Assembly (NCBI GenBank): GCA_010093815.1
Contig: ML996565.1
Source: Pseudovirgaria hyperparasitica
Lineage: Eukaryota
Direction: 5' to 3' (one strand)
Length of the DNA stretch: 64,000 nucleotides
This document shows, one piece after another, positions 24,174-35,769 of this stretch; positions within the stretch are counted from its first letter, which is position 1; the number at the start of each line of letters is the position of its first letter. The notes under the pieces are model-generated. The model saw nothing but the letters and a program-made list of their open reading frames with translations. It had not been told where the DNA came from and did no database searches. The position numbers and the translations under genes were made by a program.

Positions 24174-25292
24174 TTAGTGCCTTGGCTTCATACAAAACAA
24201 TCCCCTAATCAGATTCTCCATGAAGCTTGGCCTTGACCTTGGCTTGACCTTCTGCTGCTGGCCCGTCTGACCAGGCTCCCACTTTTGGCCTCTTCGGCGG
24301 CACTCGCGCCACTTGATATAGTCTTCCCACGTGGGCGTAGGTCCGCGCCCGCCTGCGAGATACCATACATAGTTGGGCACGCGACTTTGCGGGTCGATCG
24401 GTCTTCTGTTCAAGTCTTGCCGGAGGTCCTTCGGCGGATGGTATTCGTCCGGTGTATGATATCCGTCCGGCGGCTCTACATCCCCGCCACCTCTGACCTG
24501 GCCAAACATCAATCCGAGGATACCACCTTTCTGTCGGAGCAATTCCTGGCCGCGCGTCTCTGCATCTTTGCGCTTTGCTTTAGCGAGTGCTTCCTGTGCG
24601 ACTTGTTCGGCCCATTTCTTCTGGTCTGCCACTTTTTTCTCCGCTCGCTTCTTCTCGACCTCGATGTACCGGTTAATAGTAGGCGCATGGGCCTTGTAGC
24701 CGAGTCGATTAGCGGCAAACAGCCAGAGAGCCCGAGGAATCCTGGCCGGTTCCTTTGGTACAAGTGAAGCCGGCGGGACTGAAGTCGGATCTGAGGCAGG
24801 TTCCGGATCAGCACCGCCTCTTAGATGCCCGAAACCAGGAGCCCTTGCATCGGTGCCGGGATTCTTGGATTCGGTGATCACATCTACCGCCCCATGACCT
24901 TGCATATCACAGCGGGTAGGACCTGAAGAGCTGATGGAGCGCAGTGGCTCAACGCATTCAAAAGTAGCAGCTATGTATTGCTCGTCTAGAGAGATACGAC
25001 TGGGACTTGGCAGTGTGGAACTTGGATCAGCATGACCGATACTCGCAGGGCTGACACATCTTTCACGGCCAGATGAACAAGACCCATCTGACATTGCTTT
25101 CATAGTAGAAAAGGACTCGGTAGAAGTCATACAAGCAGAGTCTGATAGGCGGGAGATAGACTGCAGCTCTTCGCGAACGTTATAATGCTTCGGTTGTGGT
25201 ATGTTGTCGTTGTTAAGTCTTCTTGCATGATGCCTTGGGACATGTTCCTTTGAGCAGATCATGTAGATTTCCGATATCGACTTTTGCGTCAC
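24174..25292 (-). CDS. Hypothetical protein with two internal repeat modules each starting with (L/V)RGG
   Basis: 372-codon open frame; start uncertain (the track start is GTG, internal ATGs follow). The internal repeat and a charged helical segment support coding status. Confidence 0.55.
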   Translation of the reverse strand: MTQKSISEIYMICSKEHVPRHHARRLNNDNIPQPKHYNVREELQSISRLSDSACMTSTESFSTMKAMSDGSCSSGRERCVSPASIGHADPSSTLPSPSRISLDEQYIAATFECVEPLRSISSSGPTRCDMQGHGAVDVITESKNPGTDARAPGFGHLRGGADPEPASDPTSVPPASLVPKEPARIPRALWLFAANRLGYKAHAPTINRYIEVEKKRAEKKVADQKKWAEQVAQEALAKAKRKDAETRGQELLRQKGGILGLMFGQVRGGGDVEPPDGYHTPDEYHPPKDLRQDLNRRPIDPQSRVPNYVWYLAGGRGPTPTWEDYIKWRECRRRGQKWEPGQTGQQQKVKPRSRPSFMENLIRGLFCMKPRH

Positions 25293-25725
25293 GATAGGTC
25301 TGGAAGGTGTGTGTGTGTGACAAGATCTGCCATCCTTTGGTAGAGAGTCCTTGGCTTTACAGAGAGTTTCGCCTCAGTAAGCCCAGTGGTTGCGTTATGA
25401 TGTTGACACATGGGAAGGTGAGTCTCGTAATGATAGGTCAAGGTAAGAAAAGTTTATGCAATCTTGCTTTGGGGCCTCCAGAACTGGTATATAGAGATTC
25501 TGAGGTTCGAGAGGTGTTGTATTTATGCATAACCCATGAGTGTCATTCTCAACGGTGAATGTGTTGTCTAATCCTCGAAGGCACGATTTAAATGAACAAT
25601 GTGGCCACAAACGTAGAGGCAATTGAAGGATTTCATTGTTGGTCGCGTGTGTTGATCTTCCGAAGCAGAAATAGTGAATAATGTTGGTAACTATAGGCAT
25701 GTCCGGCGTGAACAGCGCCTGCTCT

Positions 25726-26614
25726 TCATACCACTCTTGCCTTTCGGAGATCATTCAAGACCATGTACCGTCCGGCAGAAATCCAGCCCCATCTGAACCA
25801 GACCATCTGGCTTTTATGTGCAACAGTCATGGCTTTCCTCGCGTTTACATACGCCTGAAGGCCGCTGCAGTATATGAGTGGACTTGGAGAGTCGGACTTG
25901 TCTTTCCGCGTGAAGAGTGCCCAGAACATTGTAGTAGGGGCGTCGAGGATGCTCAAGTACTTGCGGAAGATACTGATCGATGTCAGTGTGTAAAGCTTGA
26001 TGGGGCAATCCCAGCCAGCATGTCGGTGCATAAGGCCCTTGAGGAAAGACTGCGCGCCGTTGTATAACGAGATGTGATTCGGGTGAGATGACACTCCGCC
26101 TTTGTCAAATGTGATGATGATATCGACAGTGGTCTCTGGTTTCTTGTTTGGGGGTATAGACGCCATTTTTGGTGCAAACAGTCCGGTAAGCAGATTTGAG
26201 ATGAGTCTAGGGTGCCAGGTGGTGGTCATTGAATCTGGAAAGTTGCTGCACAATCATTAGTAGGTCACACGAATCCCAGTATTGCGATACTCACGGGTCA
26301 TCGATGCACAGGATGTCGTCTGCGCCTCTCAGACCGAGCAGTAATCCGCTCTTGGCCAGCTCCTTCTTTCGTGTCTCCCCAAGCCCGTCGGCATTGCCCG
26401 TGCTAAGGCATAGAATCTTGAGATGGTTCCCAAGCTCTGGACGGGTCAATTCCTGCACGGTGGGAGCAAAGAACATGGCCTCGTCATCAGGATGGGCGAT
26501 AAGCAGCACGATGCGCTTGCCCTGGACTGGTGGAAAGCTGCGGGTTATTTGCGATGTAAACAGCCAAATGCCGAACACGAATACGGGAAACAGCGCGAGA
26601 GGTATCCAGTCCAT
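25726..26614 (-). CDS. GPI12: N-acetylglucosaminyl-phosphatidylinositol de-N-acetylase (PIG-L)
   Basis: IAHPDDEAMFF, TFDKGGVSSHPNH, AHKSQMVWFR and an N-terminal TM helix. Intron 26246-26294. Confidence 0.93.
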
Positions 26615-26906
26615 CTTGACCAGCGCTGTGTGAGGCTCGATGACATGCACAGTACAGTAGAGTACTGTATGTCTGTATGTAGTGCAGGGAACGCGATGCA
26701 CGATGTTGATCATTGGGACTTACGGGCAGACGCCAGACCTCAAGGGGAAGTTGGCTCGTGCGCCCATTCGGGGCAGGCAAATCAAGGCGGACTTTGCGGA
26801 GTCCTTCAACATGTTGCTTCATGTTACCTATTAAGCTGTCTATTGTTTATAACTACAGCAGAACACCAATCCTATCACTGAATCCGTCCTAATTTGTGTA
26901 AATACG

Positions 26907-27590
26907 ATGGGGGACGAGAACACTCCACGAAATCGCAAAGAGCGACGCGCAGCTGCGCGCAATGGTCAACCAACGCCGGCTCCCTCGTCCTCACCTCACC
27001 TCGACTCGAAAGTTCCTGGTATCAAATACGCGCAACCTGACCGATCTGGACCCAAAGGCAAAACACTATTTCAACTTGCGGAAGAGAGGTCAGCTGAGCT
27101 AAACAAAGGCAAGCCCTTCCCGAAGCAGAGCTTTACTGAAGAGAGCGGGGAGGTGGTGTCATGGAATGATGAAGCAATGGGCCCAGCAGCTGAGGCAGTT
27201 CTGTGGTCATTCTCGCTGTCAATGGTTCACTTAATGCTGGACGTGCTGGTCAACAATCAGTATCGGCAAGAGATAGTGTGGACAGATATTTGGAGCAGGT
27301 TTGGCACATCGCTGCCAGTGTTCTGGTTCATGGTCTATCTGTTTCACACGCCGACAGCGAAAAAGCTGGGAGTTCTGAAGCAAATCTTCTTCCTCGCGAC
27401 GGCAGTGTCAGCAGGATGTTATATGGTATACTCGGGCAATACGAAGGGCTACTATGCAGTGATGAAGAGAGCCCCACCACTTGGCACGGTGTGGATATGG
27501 GCGGTGGTGGAGCTGGAGTTAGTTTATGCTCTCGTCAGTGTGGTAGGTGTGGGATGTTATGTGTGGTGGAACGGCTACAAGGCGTTCTGA
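26907..27590 (+). CDS. Uncharacterised fungal multi-pass membrane protein
   Basis: Intronless 227 aa ORF, basic N-terminus (RNRKERRAAA) and four to five hydrophobic segments. Divergent from GPI12 across 292 bp. Confidence 0.75.
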   Translation: MGDENTPRNRKERRAAARNGQPTPAPSSSPHLDSKVPGIKYAQPDRSGPKGKTLFQLAEERSAELNKGKPFPKQSFTEESGEVVSWNDEAMGPAAEAVLWSFSLSMVHLMLDVLVNNQYRQEIVWTDIWSRFGTSLPVFWFMVYLFHTPTAKKLGVLKQIFFLATAVSAGCYMVYSGNTKGYYAVMKRAPPLGTVWIWAVVELELVYALVSVVGVGCYVWWNGYKAF

Positions 27591-28566
27591 GCGAGTGTGG
27601 GTGCATATGCTGCTGTGCGATGAAGTGCCTTGTCAGCATCCTTGACAGCTCGTCCCCGGTCTAAGATAGCCGACATCTACCATGATCATGCTGAGCAAGA
27701 TTCGCCTTATTCCGTGATGGCCACAGCTTCATATATGGTCACTGGCGCCCGAACCAAGGTATTCGAGATGGAGAACCTGAGGTCAAGCCGACATGGGCGG
27801 TGTGTAGGATGGATGAGAAGGTGACACGAGCGTTGAGATGCATGAAAGATGTGACTCATTCGAGGTCGATGATCTCCTGCAGGCCGCAATATCGGGTATG
27901 TAGGCATTGATCTGTTGGGCATTGAACATTGAACGGTCAAGGGTGAGGTTGATGTGGAGATTGCGGGCACGGAGGTTTCTCCACGGTCCATGTAGCTGTG
28001 GATGTCTGTACCTAGTACCTATTATGCCTGATCGGTACATGTATTACGCGGGCATCTGCTGGGTATATATAGGTATAAGTGGGTATATTGAGTACTAAAC
28101 TCCATCCTAGCCATGCCGAACGTTGGCTGTCTCTAATAATTCACTCCGCCATTCAACTCTTTCACATGCATCTCTCTCGGTATTCACACAACGGAAGAAA
28201 GTGTATGTTCCGAAGCTGCGAAGAGAATACTCGGATAGAAAGTGCCACTCGGTTGCATGCATCGCGCCATCCGGTATATGATCCGGCGTTGGGCTTGTTT
28301 TTGCTTCAGCCCTCTTGTCAAGACGATTCAGGCATCCAGGCGTTGGCAGGTGCGTGACTCGCGAGGGTCGGACAGAGGGTCTTGATACAGGAGTCTGGCC
28401 GTGTTTTGATGCAATCAACATTCAGTCCTAGCATTAACACTGTTGACATCAGCGTCAGCCGGGCGGAGTATCAACCAGAATAGGCCCGGAATCTGCGGGA
28501 CTGTGTGCTCCACGTGAGGCTCAGGCCAGGGTGAGGAGGGATATTTCTAGGGCGACTGGGATGACA

Positions 28567-29520
28567 CTGGGGTAATATCGTTATGACTGGGAGCGGCACT
28601 TGGGTACTCTGGGGAACTTTCTGGGGTAAATTTGCGGGGGAGCACAGGCACATGCGCGGTTCCAGACCAAACACGCCCACAGCCCCATATTACACTGCAT
28701 GACTACATGAAAACATGACTACATGACTACATGCCACGCATAATTCAATGGAACGAATTGTATTATAGGGCTTCAAGTCCTATATGGCTATAGTCACTAT
28801 CACTGCTCACACTCCGCCGCTAGTACATCAGCCACCCCCAGTCCCTGTCCCCAACCCCTGTCCCCTGGTAGGTTGCTGTCACTTCTCACGCGCGCCCAAG
28901 TACATGGTAACTGCACAGCCGTCTACTGACGATCGACAGGTGTCGTCGTTTTCTCGTGAAAGATGACAGCGGCGGCTCCGTTCTGACAAGGCTTATCGGC
29001 CAGTCATCGTGCAAGTTGTCCAAGTCGTACAGTCGTGCATGTAGATGCTGCCTCGGCATGCAATGATGCGCTCCCTGGACGATTTGAGAACGTAGCATTC
29101 ATCCTATAGCGACGCCGAAGAGTGCATTCAACTTCTGTATAAGGCTCAATATGGTCTATTGCTTCACATGCCCGGCGAGGGCATGTACTGTTCGGATTTC
29201 AGAGACACGCAAGCCACCTCCGCCGGTAGTGACGGCACCTGTCAACACTTGAACGATCGCAACATTATTATAAACATATTCAACAAGCCTTCCGCTACAC
29301 GACGACGACTTGCCTAATACGGAGAGGCGTGTCGGTGCTACAAGCGTTGACGCCAGTGCTGTTGCCGGCTCTCTGTCCGTATGCGGCCTGGAATGAATAA
29401 CTTGTCGATCAACGGCCGGGGTGTCGTGCCGAGCACATGTTACCGTATGCAGGTCCACCGACCATCCTCCACAATAATAAACACCGGACCTGGCGTCGAT
29501 ATAGGTACTACATATATAAA
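28567..29520 (+). promoter_or_regulatory. Lipase upstream region with CreA-type SYGGRG cluster, CCTCGG site and TATA box
   Basis: CTGGGG at 28567, 28609 and 28621; GCGGGG at 28634; CCTCGG at 29051-29056; TATATAAA at 29513-29520. Confidence 0.4.
28698..28737. repeat. Imperfect 8-bp tandem repeat (CATGACTA) x5
   Basis: catgacta catgaaaa catgacta catgacta catgccac. Confidence 0.7.
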
Positions 29521-29625
29521 GACCCCCGACCACCTCGCTCCCATACTTCTCTACCAGGCTGATTCAATCTCACTATCCATTCCAGCTACTTCAGTGACCA
29601 GGTCAGCGAATACCACTTCGTCAAC

Positions 29626-31326
29626 ATGCTGCTCCAAGCCCTTATCATACCGCTTCTCCCTCTCGTCGTCGCTGTACCTGTTGAGAAGAGAGCCAATCCA
29701 GTCGTCACAATCTCGAACCCACAAGCCACTATCACGGGCCGCGCCGGCATCTTGGACGTCGACACTTTCTTGGCCATCCCATTTGCTCAGCCTCCAGTGG
29801 GAAACCTGCGTCTACAGAAGCCTCAGCCCCTCAAGTCTCCCTATGGCAACATCAACGCCGGTGGACTGACAAGTCCATCATGTCCTCAGCAATTCTTCGA
29901 CGTAGACGACAATCTCGGAGTCCTCCCTACTGCCGTAATCGGCATGCTCCTGAATACTCCACTGTTTCAGAAAGTCACTGGCCAGACCGAAGACTGCCTC
30001 ACTATCGACGTCGTGCGTCCCAAGGGAACCACAAAGGACTCGAAGCTGCCAGTTCTTTTCTGGATCTTCGGTGGAGGTTTTGAACTTGGATCAACCCAGA
30101 CATACCAAGGCGGACAGCTCCTTCAGGACGCAATGAACAATGGAAAGCCCTTCATTTATGTTGCAGTCAATTACCGTGTCGGAGGCTTCGGCTTTCTCGG
30201 AGGCGCCGACATCAAGAAAGCTGGTGCCTCCAATCTTGGTCTGCTCGACCAACGTCTTGGTCTGCGGTGGGTTGCAGATAACATCGCAGCGTTCGGAGGC
30301 GATCCTAACAAGGTCACAATCTGGGGTGAATCTGCCGGAGCCATCTCCGTTCTTGACCAGATGATCCTCTACAACGGTGACAACACTTACAATGGAAAAC
30401 CTCTCTTCCGTGGCGCTATCATGAACTCGGGCAGTATCATCCCTGCTCTCGACGTCGACCACCCTAAGGCTCAGGCTGTCTATGACCAAGTCGTATCCTA
30501 CACAAGCTGCAGCGGTGCTTCTGACAAGCTTCAATGTCTTCGTGACGCGCCCTACGACGTCTACCTCAATGCTGTCAATTCGTTACCCGGTATCCTGTCC
30601 TACTCTTCCGTTAACCTTGCATACCTGCCTCGCCCCGATGGCATCGTACTTACGCAATCACCTGAGCTCCTCATTCAACAGGGCAAGTACGCCGATGTTC
30701 CCTTCATCATAGGCGATCAAGAAGACGAAGGCACGCTCTTTGCGCTCTTCCAAAGCAACGTCACCACGACCGAGGAACTCGTCAATTACTTTGTCAATGG
30801 CAACTGGTTCCCACAGTCCACCCGGGAACAGGTCGAGAAACTTGTCGCTTCTTACCCTGATGATGCGGCCCAGGGCAGTCCCTTCCGCACTGGCGGACTG
30901 AACAACATATACCCGCAATACAAACGTCTCGCCGCAATTCTGGGTGATGCTACGTTCACTCTTACGCGCCGCGCCTTCCTTGCTGTCACAAGTGCTGTGC
31001 GCCCCAATACGCCATCCTGGAGCTATCTGTCTAGCTACGACTACGGATTACCGATCCTGGGCACGTTGCATGGAAGTGATATCATCCAGACCTTCTACGG
31101 CATCTTTCCAAACTACGCCGCAAGGGCTACACGAGGATACTACTATAACTTCATCTTGAACGGAAACCCCAATGTTGGTGGTGGCAACTTTCCGAACTGG
31201 CCGAAATATAGCGAGAGTCAGCAGTTGGTGAACTTTGTCGCGGACTCGAGTAGTCTGATCAAGGATGACTTTAGGAGCAAGCAGTATCAGACCCTGGTGG
31301 AATTGACATCGAGTCTCCGAGTATAG
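29626..31326 (+). CDS. Secreted type-B carboxylesterase/lipase (Candida rugosa lipase-like)
   Basis: Signal peptide followed by KR, EDCLTIDV, oxyanion FGGGF, nucleophile GESAG, acid residue in GDQEDEG, His in GTLHGSD. Intronless, 566 aa. Confidence 0.95.
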   Translation: MLLQALIIPLLPLVVAVPVEKRANPVVTISNPQATITGRAGILDVDTFLAIPFAQPPVGNLRLQKPQPLKSPYGNINAGGLTSPSCPQQFFDVDDNLGVLPTAVIGMLLNTPLFQKVTGQTEDCLTIDVVRPKGTTKDSKLPVLFWIFGGGFELGSTQTYQGGQLLQDAMNNGKPFIYVAVNYRVGGFGFLGGADIKKAGASNLGLLDQRLGLRWVADNIAAFGGDPNKVTIWGESAGAISVLDQMILYNGDNTYNGKPLFRGAIMNSGSIIPALDVDHPKAQAVYDQVVSYTSCSGASDKLQCLRDAPYDVYLNAVNSLPGILSYSSVNLAYLPRPDGIVLTQSPELLIQQGKYADVPFIIGDQEDEGTLFALFQSNVTTTEELVNYFVNGNWFPQSTREQVEKLVASYPDDAAQGSPFRTGGLNNIYPQYKRLAAILGDATFTLTRRAFLAVTSAVRPNTPSWSYLSSYDYGLPILGTLHGSDIIQTFYGIFPNYAARATRGYYYNFILNGNPNVGGGNFPNWPKYSESQQLVNFVADSSSLIKDDFRSKQYQTLVELTSSLRV

Positions 31327-31867
31327 TAACTTGTTGTTTTGACGTTCAGGTTGGGATGCATTGCTGGAGTTATGGCATGGAGAGACGACATATGAATCAC
31401 GAAGCGGGTTTGAGCATACTACATATATAGCTTGGATATGGATAATCTGGAATGAAGCTATCAATGCTATCTCATCTAGATCTCTGAACTGCGATTATGT
31501 AGTTTACGTACTATCTACTTCTTCCATCTACCTGGAAACTTGCATGCAGAGATGATAAGAGAGCGTTTCATGCCTTCTCGTTTAGAGATGTTAGTCAAAG
31601 CATCATCGATCTGGAGTTCCTTCCTTGTTAGGAGTTTTTCATCAGTATGCAAGAGCAAACCTGGATTTTCTCCCTTATTAATTCGTTCTTTTTCCGGTCT
31701 CACTCTTCTTCCATCCAATTCCAAAGTTTATATAAGTCTTGTCATCAGTACAACCTTCATTCGCTACATTTTCAACAGCGAGTATCTGTCAACACAGCTT
31801 CTTATCCCATCATTCGACTTCTGTATCACTCTGTCAGACACACCGGAGTCGCTGAATTCCAAGACGA

Positions 31868-33058
31868 TGCCGCTCCGGATCACCCCCGTAAAGAACCTGT
31901 TCTCGGACGACCCCCAAAGCGCCCCAGCCGGCATTACACAAGACCTGCTATCAGATAGCGACGACAATGACACTGATGTAGAGCCAACAGAGCTCGGTGA
32001 ATATGTCCGCTACTACCTCGACACCCTCAACGACGTCCAGTTCAAATGGTTCACGGACAGGGAGAACTACCCGAAAATCCTCGAGGCATATTCTCGTGCT
32101 CGTGGGCCTGTGATTTCGATTATACAAGCACGTGTACATAAGAGCAGGATCCATGGGCCGGGCGTTCCCCCAGAGCGATGGGACATTTATCCGACGATCA
32201 ATGTTCATCTGTTGAAGGAGGCGCTGAGGGACTGCTTCCAGAAGGAGTTTGGGGAGACATCTAGACGAAGGAGGGCGAGCGACACAGACACGGACGGGTG
32301 AGTATTCTTCTCCCCACTATCATGACGCTTTGCGGCTGCATGCATGAAACTTGAGAGTACGTCGTGGGTGACAAGTATACAGGAAGCAGCCTGACCTTAG
32401 AGCTCGGCTCGTCGAAGCACGGGAGATTACACACGCCCTCGCTAGGCTTGCCATGAGTCCTGTAGCACTCGAAGAAGCAATGACAGTGACACAAGCGCTT
32501 GCTCGAGCGCTCAGGGATCAGGACGATCCCAGAACGAGGGTCGCAACACAGGCCATGGCTACCAGCCCTTCGAAGAACACTGATGGAAAGCGACCAGTGA
32601 TACAGGAAATCGCTAGTACTCCGCAGACTGTATTGGCTGCGAATCGCCAGAACATTGCTACAGCTCAAGCATCGCAGACAGTGGCAGGTTCTCCACGCCC
32701 TGAAGTTTCTACAAGCAGTCTGAACACTCCTAGAGAGCGAGCAGTATCGCAGGCAGGGCCTTCTTCCGGTCACATTTTGATGTCTGAAGACGATCGTTTT
32801 GCTGGAGCGAGAGCGGCGACCCGGGAACTGATGGAATCAATGTATGGATCTCGCCAAATACCAACACGTGGCACGGGGTGGCATCCGCTCTGGACAGAAG
32901 TGCCCCGGGGAATGGAATCTGCTTCCCAGTCCCGGCAGTATTGGCCTTTACCACTGCCTCAGACAAGTATTGGAGGTGTTCCCCGCGGTTTAAGATACCC
33001 GGGTAGCCAAGAGGACTCGAGTGACATCCTTCCGGGTGAGAGTATGATGCGGCACTGA
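31868..33058 (+). CDS. Hypothetical protein, probably two exons
   Basis: Donor GTGAGT at 32298; acceptors at 32382 or 32400 both join the 31868 frame to the 32453-33058 ORF in frame. No recognisable domain. Confidence 0.5.
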
Positions 33059-33146
33059 GAATGGGATCTTTAGGCCTTATGAGTACATGGCATCGTACTT
33101 GTTGGGTTGAGCTCCACTTTGTGTCTTTTTCATGGTATAGAAGTGC

Positions 33147-33974
33147 TTAAGGGCCGTGTAGTGTCCTGTCACTCGCTTGCATTAGTATAAGTATAATATT
33201 ATCATTATATGGCCCTCTTTGTCCCAGTGCACCTTTTCCAAAATAATTGTTCATGAGGGCCGTCCCTGACATCATGCCCGTCATGATTTTTCCTTCTTCC
33301 TCCTCTTCCTCCTCTTCTTCCTCTTCTTCCTCTTCCTCCTCTTCCTCCTCTTCCTCCTCTTCCTCCTCTTCCTCCTCTTCTTCCTCTTCTTCCTCTTCTT
33401 CCTCTTCTTCCTCTTCTTCCTCTTCTTCCTCTTCTTCCTAGTCCTGAGGGTACGTAGGACTGCTTGATCTCGCGCTTGCTACACAGCACATTGCGGTCCT
33501 GCTGTACAAGAATAACAGTTTCGGTCGATGTGTATTTTTTTTCGGTTCCTATTTGCTCTCTGCCACCTCTCCTTTCATTTTTCTAGTATTCTCTGTTCGG
33601 CTGATATTTCTCCTCAGATCTTAGAGGGTTATTTCTTCTATGCGGTTCGGTAGCTTAACTTAGGCCTCCTTGCCTCTCATCGCTCTCTTCAAGAGCCATT
33701 ATAAATTACTAATGGAATTCGAAGTCTTCCGGCCTTGCTGACCTCTTTCTAGGCGCAGGGGGAACTTAGATTAATGAGGGAGGTGAGGATGAAGGTAGAG
33801 TGACTTCTCTAGGCTGGATGAAGTTCCGAAAGTTACTGAAATAGTCTGATTATCGAAAGGCAGTGGCAAGTCTTTCGACTTTAGTGGCTTCTGCCTCTGA
33901 GAGACGGGAACCGTGCTCTTTGTGGATTGGGTAATCGTAATCTGGTGGATAGATGTCTTCTTGAGGTTTTTCAC
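33147..33974 (-). pseudogene. Possible decayed gene ending in a poly-Glu tract
   Basis: One frame runs from 33974 into the Glu tract with six internal stops (33771, 33699, 33660, 33621, 33549, 33438), all TAA or TAG. Confidence 0.4.
33291..33438. repeat. (TTC/CTC)n trinucleotide microsatellite; 48 GAA/GAG triplets on the minus strand
   Basis: Uninterrupted pyrimidine tract with a 9-bp sub-period (TCTTCCTCC/TCTTCTTCC). Confidence 0.95.
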
Positions 33975-34853
33975 CTCTTGACCTCAATCAGAGAGAAGCG
34001 CAGTGTTGGGCAGGATTGGGTAGAGTATATGACATATGACACTGTCATAGAGTGTCATACAAGAAATATTCTGCTGGGGATATTCGTGGAATGGAGGTAT
34101 GGAGCTGTTGGACCTGAGATGTGTGGTCTCGGGAACCGGGTTGCGAGGTATTTGGAGTCGGCAGATACGTTATACGCCGTGTTTACCACGGCAGGACTGT
34201 CGCCGTTATGTCACACCTGACGTGTTATTCCTCCGTTATAGTATGTATAGGAGGTATGAAAGTACCGTGGAAGTCAGCTTCTTGGCTTGTGGATATGTGT
34301 ATATGGGCGTGAGGGAGCGTGAGGGAGATGGTAGAATCGCTGTTGGGTGTGTACTTTTACGCACATAAAACACCTCTCGACCCAAGCACAGTCCTCCTGT
34401 AGGGGAAATCGTCAACTAGAAGCCTTTTGCTTTGACCTTGAGAAAGCTGTATCCTATCCTTCGAGCAGTGAAGTTTAATCATAGGTCTCGTACCGTAGCT
34501 CCGAGTTAAGCTTTAGGAATTGGGGATATAAGCATGGGTAGTGAGTTGGTGATACTGAAACCCAGTCTTGCCTGATACATAGCTATCCTATAACGATCCC
34601 AATCGCAAGAAATCAGCTGTATGGCACCTTCGTACGGCATTCTGGAGTCTTATAAGGAGACGGAACCAGCACACTCTATCCTCTCTGTGCGAATAAATTA
34701 TGTTATATCATCACACGGCACAACACGGTCCAACAGCACATCACATAGCAAACATATCAAGCACAAGAAAACACACAACACGTCGAATCCCAAATTCAAT
34801 TCCCCACCAATATATCTACCCTTGACCCCATCCCCTTCTCCTCCTAATCAAAC

Positions 34854-35153
34854 TCACTTCCCACCCTCCCCCTCGCCCTCCTCCTCATCCTCCTCCTCCT
34901 CACCCTCCGAGTCCGTGTTCACGCCCGCAACGGCTTCGTAAAGCAGCTTTCCCAGACGGTCTGTCTCGGCCTGGGAGAGCTCCGCCTCCTTTGGGGCGGG
35001 AGGGTTAGTTGCGGGCGCTTTTTCGGTAGGCTTGGAGGCCTGTTTCGGAGGGGGAGGTGGAGGAGCGGTGGGTTTACCGGGTGTGGCGCTGGTGTCCTTT
35101 GGGGCGTCCCGAATGTCAGGCGTGGGGGCCTCGGAGGGGGTTGAGGAGGGCAT
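34854..35153 (-). CDS. Small Pro-rich protein with acidic C-terminus
   Basis: 99 aa ATG-initiated ORF with one helical-looking segment (SQAETDRLGKLLYEAVAG). Low complexity, no family recognised. Confidence 0.4.
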   Translation of the reverse strand: MPSSTPSEAPTPDIRDAPKDTSATPGKPTAPPPPPPKQASKPTEKAPATNPPAPKEAELSQAETDRLGKLLYEAVAGVNTDSEGEEEEDEEEGEGEGGK

Positions 35154-35769
35154 TGAGCGTGATGGGTGGTAAGGGTGAGGGTTGGTGATGGAGGTTGTGT
35201 GGTCCTGGGTTTGGGATGGGTAGAGGCTTTTTGGAGTGTCTTGTTAGGTGAGATGTGGGTTTTGAGGGGTTGGGTAGGGTTTTTGCTTACGGTTTGGATG
35301 GGTAGATTGTGAATAGGGGGTTGATGGATGAGGGTTTGCTGTGGGTGTGGATGTGGTGATTGATGATGTGGGTTGTTGGTTGATGCTGGCGATGTAGATG
35401 GGTTGGAGAGGAAGTGAGAGAGAGGAAGTGGGATATTGGATTTTTGGAGAGCTTGTGTGCGTGTATTGTTTCGGTGGCCTTCTACGGGACGGACGAGGAG
35501 CATCGTTCACCCGGTCGTCGAGCACTGTGTGACAACGCACTACCCGTGATTCTCTTCTTTGTTTTGGTCATCGCTTCGAGTCTATTTTCACTTCAGTGTG
35601 TAGTTCTCTTTGTTTCTCTAATACGGCGAGCTGTATTATCACTCGCTATCGTATTATCGATTCGCATCACACCATGGCCTCCAATCATTCAAAACAGTCA
35701 CTGGAGCTTCTATCCTTTTCAGATTTGATAAAGCTCAAAAGCTTCTGTAGATACCTAAATATCCGCCCT

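Noticed and set aside
27600..29600. Small ORFs upstream of the lipase
   Set aside because: No motifs or consistent splice structure; treated as intergenic.
33205..33489. RG-rich and poly-Ser ORFs in the track
   Set aside because: They are alternative frames of the trinucleotide microsatellite, with no independent coding evidence.
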